A program made the translations under genes and the position numbers. From assembly GCA_965203175.1 (NCBI GenBank), contig OZ241867.1, positions 5,056,001 through 5,120,000 on the forward strand: 64,000 bases of DNA, in the 5' to 3' direction. The notes beneath the pieces are model-generated. The model did no database searches. It saw only the letters and a list, made by a program, of their open reading frames with translations, and was not told the DNA's origin. Source of the stretch: Candidatus Latescibacterota bacterium (GTDB taxonomy: Bacteria > Latescibacterota > UBA2968 > UBA8231). Numbering within the stretch: the stretch's first letter is position 1; every line of letters begins with the position of its first letter. Positions 58,841 to 64,000 of this stretch are shown one piece after another.

Positions 58841-60469
58841 CTAGGTGCTGTCACACCCCAACACCATCACCTCGCACTGGTGCAGCGTCGGCCACGGATC
58901 AGGTGTCTGCAAACCGTCGAGTTCTATGAGGACGAGATTTTCGCCGCGCTGGACGGGGATATTTTTCACTACGAGCCAAGCACCGAGCTCGTTTTCCAGC
59001 TTGGTGGCACCAGCGAGCGAGACGTCGCGACCATTAACCCGACAGAAAATGCGGTCCATGCAGTCTTCGTGATCCGTTAGGTGCAGGCGCAGCTCCGTGC
59101 CGAGGATACGGCCGTCGGCGAGGCCAGCTTCAATGTCGTCCTCGATGATGAGCGTCATCTCGTACCCAGGACCGCCGGTCGCGCGCGCCGGCATACTCAA
59201 GGCGCGGGGCACCTGCGGATAGTGGTCCCCAGGCGTGTGATGGACGACACCCCCCAAGGCAGAATCGGACACCGAATAGCTGCGGTCGCGGCGCGCCAAC
59301 CGCTCGGGATCGGCCAGGTCGGAGAGGAGATTGAGGTGGTCTTCATTGTACTCTTCCTCTTCAAAGGGCGAAGCGCGATGGTGCCGATAGTCGTAGTTGA
59401 AAATGTAAACGCCAGCGGCCCCCTGTTCGTACCCATTCAGCGCCACACCCCGCAGGACGGCAGGCACGCCGCGTTCGTACCCCTCGTGCGGCGAGGTCAG
59501 ATGCGTGGCACCGTCGAATCCCACGTAGATCGGTACCTTGCTCTCCTCAGCGCAGGCGACAGCCTCGGCGATGTCGATGCGGGCCGGGCAGTACGAGGCC
59601 GAGGACATCACGAACAAGTCTGCCACCGGCTCGCGGATCCAAGCCTGCGCGTCAATGCCAATGCCACGAGCCTCGGCGATACAAGGGGGCACCCGCGTCA
59701 GCAGCGAAATCGCCTTCCCCTTCTGCTCACTGTGGCGGCGCACTATGGCGTGGGCTTGGCGCATGAACTCGGTGAGGGTGTCGAGATTGTCGAGCAAGCG
59801 CCCGGGCCGGAAGTACGGAGGCCCGCGCATCCAATCGAGTTCGATGCCGTCGAAGTCGTAGCGCTCCAAGGTCTCATCGACGAGCCCTAAAAAGCGATTG
59901 CGCACCTCCTCCTGCTCGTAGTCCCATTGCCAGCAAAAATTCCAGCGGTCGGCACCGCCCGCGCGCGTCGGGGTCGGGGAGCCGATTAGCAAATCGGGCC
60001 GCGACTTCTTGTGGCGGCTGCGCACCTGCCACTCGCGCGCCTCGTCGGAAGTGTGAGCATCGTTCATGCGCATCGACGCAATCGCCGCGATGCCGTGCCG
60101 ACGACAACCGTTGATATAGATCTTCATCAGTTCGCGACCGTCGGCAATGACCGCGTCCATGCAGTTGTAAAGCTGTTCAAGGCGGTTGAGTTCAAAGCCA
60201 CCGGCCGTCATCTTGCGGATCGGCTTGCCATCGGCATCCACATCGGGATCGGGATCCCAGACTTCTGTGTCGTCTCCCCACATGGCCGAATGCGGACTGC
60301 CGCGCCAGACGACATCATCGTCAATCCCAATAAGTCCGGCGAGCGCGTCAACGCCGGCCGGGACCAGTTCGTCGAGTTGGTGGGTTACATCGTCGGGATT
60401 GCGGTCGGGCAGGTAGAAGAGCATCCAGTTGCCGTCGGTATTGAAAATCAGGCGCGGGAGTTTGGTCAT
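58841..60469 (-). CDS. Glycoside-hydrolase-like TIM-barrel protein (GHL10-like), cytoplasmic
   Basis: IFNTDG, ASMRMNDAH, YDFDGIELDWMR and GAAGVYIFNY. No signal peptide. Confidence 0.55.
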   Translation of the reverse strand: MTKLPRLIFNTDGNWMLFYLPDRNPDDVTHQLDELVPAGVDALAGLIGIDDDVVWRGSPHSAMWGDDTEVWDPDPDVDADGKPIRKMTAGGFELNRLEQLYNCMDAVIADGRELMKIYINGCRRHGIAAIASMRMNDAHTSDEAREWQVRSRHKKSRPDLLIGSPTPTRAGGADRWNFCWQWDYEQEEVRNRFLGLVDETLERYDFDGIELDWMRGPPYFRPGRLLDNLDTLTEFMRQAHAIVRRHSEQKGKAISLLTRVPPCIAEARGIGIDAQAWIREPVADLFVMSSASYCPARIDIAEAVACAEESKVPIYVGFDGATHLTSPHEGYERGVPAVLRGVALNGYEQGAAGVYIFNYDYRHHRASPFEEEEYNEDHLNLLSDLADPERLARRDRSYSVSDSALGGVVHHTPGDHYPQVPRALSMPARATGGPGYEMTLIIEDDIEAGLADGRILGTELRLHLTDHEDCMDRIFCRVNGRDVSLAGATKLENELGAWLVVKNIPVQRGENLVLIELDGLQTPDPWPTLHQCEVMVLGCDST

Positions 60470-60624
60470 CGCGATCTCCGTTGTAGAATGCTGCGGCTGA
60501 AGAGGCGGAGGAAGGTAGCTTGCCCAGGATAGAGTGTCAACGAAGCGTCAAGCATGTCTTCCTTGACAGAGAGACTGCGAAAATTGAGCTTCACCTGCTC
60601 AAGCGAGAGCCCTGAGCCTGCATC

Positions 60625-62859
60625 TTGAACCCTCTACTATCCATTGCCAAAAGCGCCGTCGTCCTGGCGGTCATCGCCACACCAAGCCAAGCTTGGGAAA
60701 CCCCCGTCGTCCAAGCCACCCGCACGCCCACGCCTCCGAACATCGACGGCCGCCTCGACGATTCGGTCTGGCACCAAGCCCCGATCATAACCGACTTTTT
60801 CCAGCGCGAACCCGTCGAAGGTGCCCCACCTACCGAGCAGACCCAAGTCCGCATCCTATTTGACGACGATTATCTGTACTTTGCCCTGCGCTGCTTCGAC
60901 AGCGAGGCCGGCCGCCTAGTGGCCAACCAAATGCGGCGCGACGCCGAGTTGGACGAAAACGACAATATCCAGATTATCCTCGATCCCTATAACGACCGCC
61001 GCGGCGGCTTTTACTTTAGCACCAATCCCTTGGGCGCGCGCCAAGACCTACTGCTCACCGACGAGGGCCGCACCCGCAACCAAGCCTGGGACAGCGTCTG
61101 GCAGAGCAGCACTCGTATCGACAGTTTGGGTTGGAGCGCCGAAGTGGCCATTCCCTTTGATCAAGTGCGCTATCCCGACAGCGACCAAGCCGTGTGGGGC
61201 ATAAACATCGGCCGCGCCATTCGCCGCAAAAACGAGGAAGTATTTCTCGTTCCCCCACCCCAATCCTATGGCTTTAGAGGCCGCTACCGCACCTCGCGTC
61301 TGGCCATCCTGACAGGTTTGGGTCGGTTGCAGAGTCGCCCGCCCTTAGCGGTAGTTCCCTTCCTGCTAAGCGGCACCCAGCGCGATTTCACCGCCGATGG
61401 CTCCACTGAATACGACCTAGATCCGGGCCTAGATTTCAAATACGGCCTCACGCCCTCGCTGACTTTAGACCTGTCCTACAAAACCGACTTCGCCCAAGTG
61501 GAAGCCGACCAAGAGCAGATCAATCTCACTCGCTTCAGCCTGTTCTTCCCCGAAAAGCGCGACTTCTTCCTCGAAGGGGCCGGGATTTTTGAATTCGGCG
61601 AACGCGTCGAGCGGCAGGGATCTGGCGGCCGACCACCGACCCTGCTGTTCTACAGCCGTCGCATTGGCATTGAAGAGGGGCACAACCTGCCCGTATTAGC
61701 CGGAGGCAAACTCACCGGACGGGCCGGGCCCTATCAAATTGGTACTCTGCGCATGACCACCCAAGCCATGACCTTTGTCGATGAAGAGGACGAGGATCAA
61801 GCCGATCTTAGTGAGGACACCATCCTCGACACCCTGCACGTGGCCCAGACCGACTTCACAGTTCTGCGCATTAAGCGCGACATGCTGGGCCGTTCCAACC
61901 TCGGCTTCATCGCCATCGACAAACAACCCGGCTCCGAGGCCGACTACAACCGCACCGGCGGCGTGGACTTCACTCTGTCTCTATTGCAAGCCGCCCTCAA
62001 CCTGCGCGGCTTTGCCGCCAAGACTTGGACTCCCCAAGTGGAAGGCCGCGACCGGGCCGGCCTGCTGGAACTGGACTACCGCCAGGGCCGCTTTGAGACC
62101 CGCCTAAACTATTTGGACGTGGAAGAGGACTTTGCGCCCGAAGTGGGCTTTGTACCGCGCACCGACATCCGCCGCTTCAAAGGCAGCGGGCGCTATCGGC
62201 CCCGCCCGGCCATCGGCTGGATCCGCATGTTCTCGATCGGGCCGCGCTTTACCTATCTGATGGATCGGGGCAACACTTTGCAGAGCCGCGACTTTCAATT
62301 CTCCGCCTTTGTCAATTTGGAAATAGGCGACTGGTTCGGGGTGCGCTACCAGCAGCGCTACGAGCTTTTAGACGAGGCTTTTGCAATACGCGACGACCAA
62401 GAAATCCCTCCGGGCGCATACGAATTTGGCAGCTACTCACTCAATCTCTTCGCCAATTCGAGCCGCCGCCTCTCGGGTCGCATTTCGTGTGAATACGGCG
62501 ATTTCTTCAACGGCACCCGCCAGCGCGTCTCCACCGAGGCCGTCTGGCGCTACAATGCCCGCCTAGAACTGGAAGGCACCTACGAGTTCAACCACATCAA
62601 CCTGCCCAACGGCGCCTTCAACACTCATCTGTTCGGGCACCGCTTCCTCTATTCCTTCTCGCCCGACATGTTCGTGCGCGGCTTCTTGCAGTGGAATAGC
62701 GCCCAAGAGCTAGTAGGCGGCAATTTCCTATTCAACTACCGCTACCTGCCCGGCAGCGATCTGTTCATAGTGTACAATCAGGTGTGGGATACGGAAGGCG
62801 GACTGGAACAAGCTAGCCGATCGCTGCAGCTCAAAGTGTCGTATTATTGGCAGCGCTGA
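60625..62859 (+). CDS. CBM9-like + DUF5916-like outer-membrane protein
   Basis: Signal peptide, IDGRLDD.VW, TDFAQVEAD...INLTRFSLFFPEKRDFFLEG, LFYSRRIG and C-terminal LKVSYYW strand. Confidence 0.75.
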   Translation: MNPLLSIAKSAVVLAVIATPSQAWETPVVQATRTPTPPNIDGRLDDSVWHQAPIITDFFQREPVEGAPPTEQTQVRILFDDDYLYFALRCFDSEAGRLVANQMRRDAELDENDNIQIILDPYNDRRGGFYFSTNPLGARQDLLLTDEGRTRNQAWDSVWQSSTRIDSLGWSAEVAIPFDQVRYPDSDQAVWGINIGRAIRRKNEEVFLVPPPQSYGFRGRYRTSRLAILTGLGRLQSRPPLAVVPFLLSGTQRDFTADGSTEYDLDPGLDFKYGLTPSLTLDLSYKTDFAQVEADQEQINLTRFSLFFPEKRDFFLEGAGIFEFGERVERQGSGGRPPTLLFYSRRIGIEEGHNLPVLAGGKLTGRAGPYQIGTLRMTTQAMTFVDEEDEDQADLSEDTILDTLHVAQTDFTVLRIKRDMLGRSNLGFIAIDKQPGSEADYNRTGGVDFTLSLLQAALNLRGFAAKTWTPQVEGRDRAGLLELDYRQGRFETRLNYLDVEEDFAPEVGFVPRTDIRRFKGSGRYRPRPAIGWIRMFSIGPRFTYLMDRGNTLQSRDFQFSAFVNLEIGDWFGVRYQQRYELLDEAFAIRDDQEIPPGAYEFGSYSLNLFANSSRRLSGRISCEYGDFFNGTRQRVSTEAVWRYNARLELEGTYEFNHINLPNGAFNTHLFGHRFLYSFSPDMFVRGFLQWNSAQELVGGNFLFNYRYLPGSDLFIVYNQVWDTEGGLEQASRSLQLKVSYYWQR

Positions 62860-62883
62860 AGCTGCCGCTGGCGTTGCACCTCA

Positions 62884-63870
62884 TCAAATCACAAGAGATC
62901 GCACTGCTTCTTCAACTTTTTCACCGCTACCTTTTCCTCCACCCTCGAGTTTAAAGGCTATCTTTCCATCTTGATCAATGATATACTCAATAGGCATTCT
63001 ATCCACATTGTAGAGCCTAAAAACCGTATCTTTCCAGCCATTGCCTTCACATATCTGAGGCCACGTGAATTGCTCTTCCGTTATCGCAGCACGAAGAGCG
63101 TCAAAGTCTATATCATCTGATACACCAATGAGGGCTACCTCGTCCCCAGAATACTCCTGTGCAATGTTGCGAAGAGAAGGGTAAATAAACTTACACCAGC
63201 CACAGGTTGTACCCCAAAAATGCAAAACCACGACTTTACCCTGATAATCGGCAAGATCTATGTGATTGCCGTCTATATCGGACAACCTAAATTGAGGGGC
63301 CAACTGTCCGACGTTTAAATTGTCAAGCTCGTACATATGTCCTCGTGCATGATCTACATGCCGTTCAGAAGCATCCCATGCGATGATTTGTTCAAATCCT
63401 CGACGAGCTTTTCCCGTCTCACCTTCGCGTTCCCAAGTATCAGCTAAAGCGCACAGCAAGGCAGATCGACTCTTCAAGGGAACGACCTTTTCGACCAATT
63501 CCTCCAATAGGAGAGTTGCTTCTTTTTCTCGGCCATCACGTCCGAAACTGTTCCGCAAACCATGCTCGACTTCATCCCACACATCTTCGGTATAAGAAAT
63601 GTGCTTGAGGGCCGCTTGAACTTGGTCACTGACGTCTTCCAGATTTCCCCACATGATAAAAGCATTATGCAAAGCCTTTGTGGCTATCTCTGAAGGCCTC
63701 TTCTCCAGATACATCTGGAAAATTTCTGCGGCGAGTCGATGTTGGGGGTTGTTCTCACCAAAATAATCCTCTGCCGTCTCGTAGAACTTATCGACCTCTT
63801 CCCAAGCGGCCTTGTGCCATGCTTTAAAATCCATTTCTTCCTGGGACAGTGCATTGTTTTGCTCAGTCAT
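62884..63870 (-). CDS. TlpA-family redoxin with helical (TPR-like) N-terminus
   Basis: GAGG RBS before MTEQN, APQFRL.DIDG, FWGTTCGWC and IIDQDGKI. Visibly lower GC than its neighbours. Confidence 0.75.
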   Translation of the reverse strand: MTEQNNALSQEEMDFKAWHKAAWEEVDKFYETAEDYFGENNPQHRLAAEIFQMYLEKRPSEIATKALHNAFIMWGNLEDVSDQVQAALKHISYTEDVWDEVEHGLRNSFGRDGREKEATLLLEELVEKVVPLKSRSALLCALADTWEREGETGKARRGFEQIIAWDASERHVDHARGHMYELDNLNVGQLAPQFRLSDIDGNHIDLADYQGKVVVLHFWGTTCGWCKFIYPSLRNIAQEYSGDEVALIGVSDDIDFDALRAAITEEQFTWPQICEGNGWKDTVFRLYNVDRMPIEYIIDQDGKIAFKLEGGGKGSGEKVEEAVRSLVI

Positions 63871-64000
63871 GTTTACCTCCCTCAATACAAATAACGATCA
63901 GCGACGCATTGGGCGATCTCCGCCACGGTCGTCTCCGTGCCCTTAATGGCATCGTGCACTCGATAGTGCCACGGCTCACTCCCCAAGCCAGCGCGCCAAT

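Noticed and set aside
63954-63971. Possible sigma54 promoter TGGCACTATCGAGTGCAC (minus strand) upstream of the last redoxin gene
   Set aside because: The GG-to-GC spacing is 11, not the required 10.

Overview
This is a GC-rich bacterial window. Its gene content (sup-type PKS, sulfatase, FG-GAP/CRTAC1 proteins, C-terminal AVExxSWGxxK tails) suggests a sponge-associated FCB-related lineage such as Ca. Latescibacterota or Poribacteria; this is inference, since no marker gene is present. Layout: (1) 1-10.1 kb, a locally expanded array of secreted stand-alone Cache-domain proteins interleaved with three near-identical TlpA-like thioredoxin-fold genes; (2) 10.2-35.5 kb, a cell-envelope/uptake locus with two paralogous multi-TM proteins, two FG-GAP/ASPIC lipoproteins, an NRAMP-like permease, catabolic enzymes, three proteins with T9SS-type-B-like/FlgD-Ig C-termini, a probable outer-membrane protein, three small lipoproteins and a divergent PPIase chaperone; (3) 35.5-41.4 kb, Rid-family, creatininase-family, two more TlpA paralogs and a sulfatase; (4) 41.5-58.8 kb, a sup-type (supA-E) methyl-branched fatty acid PKS cluster flanked by two paralogous orphan Leu/Ile/Val-type binding lipoproteins; (5) 58.8-64 kb, GH-like, CBM9/DUF5916-like and TPR-like TlpA genes. 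The most notable signals are a recurrent putative C-terminal sorting signal, a candidate uncharacterised envelope export/uptake module, codon-level hypervariation among five TlpA paralogs, and a ~153-bp non-coding element present twice, once next to an orphan sigma54-type promoter. No rRNA, tRNA, CRISPR array, transposase or reverse transcriptase was recognised. All family calls are from motif recognition by eye, not database searches.
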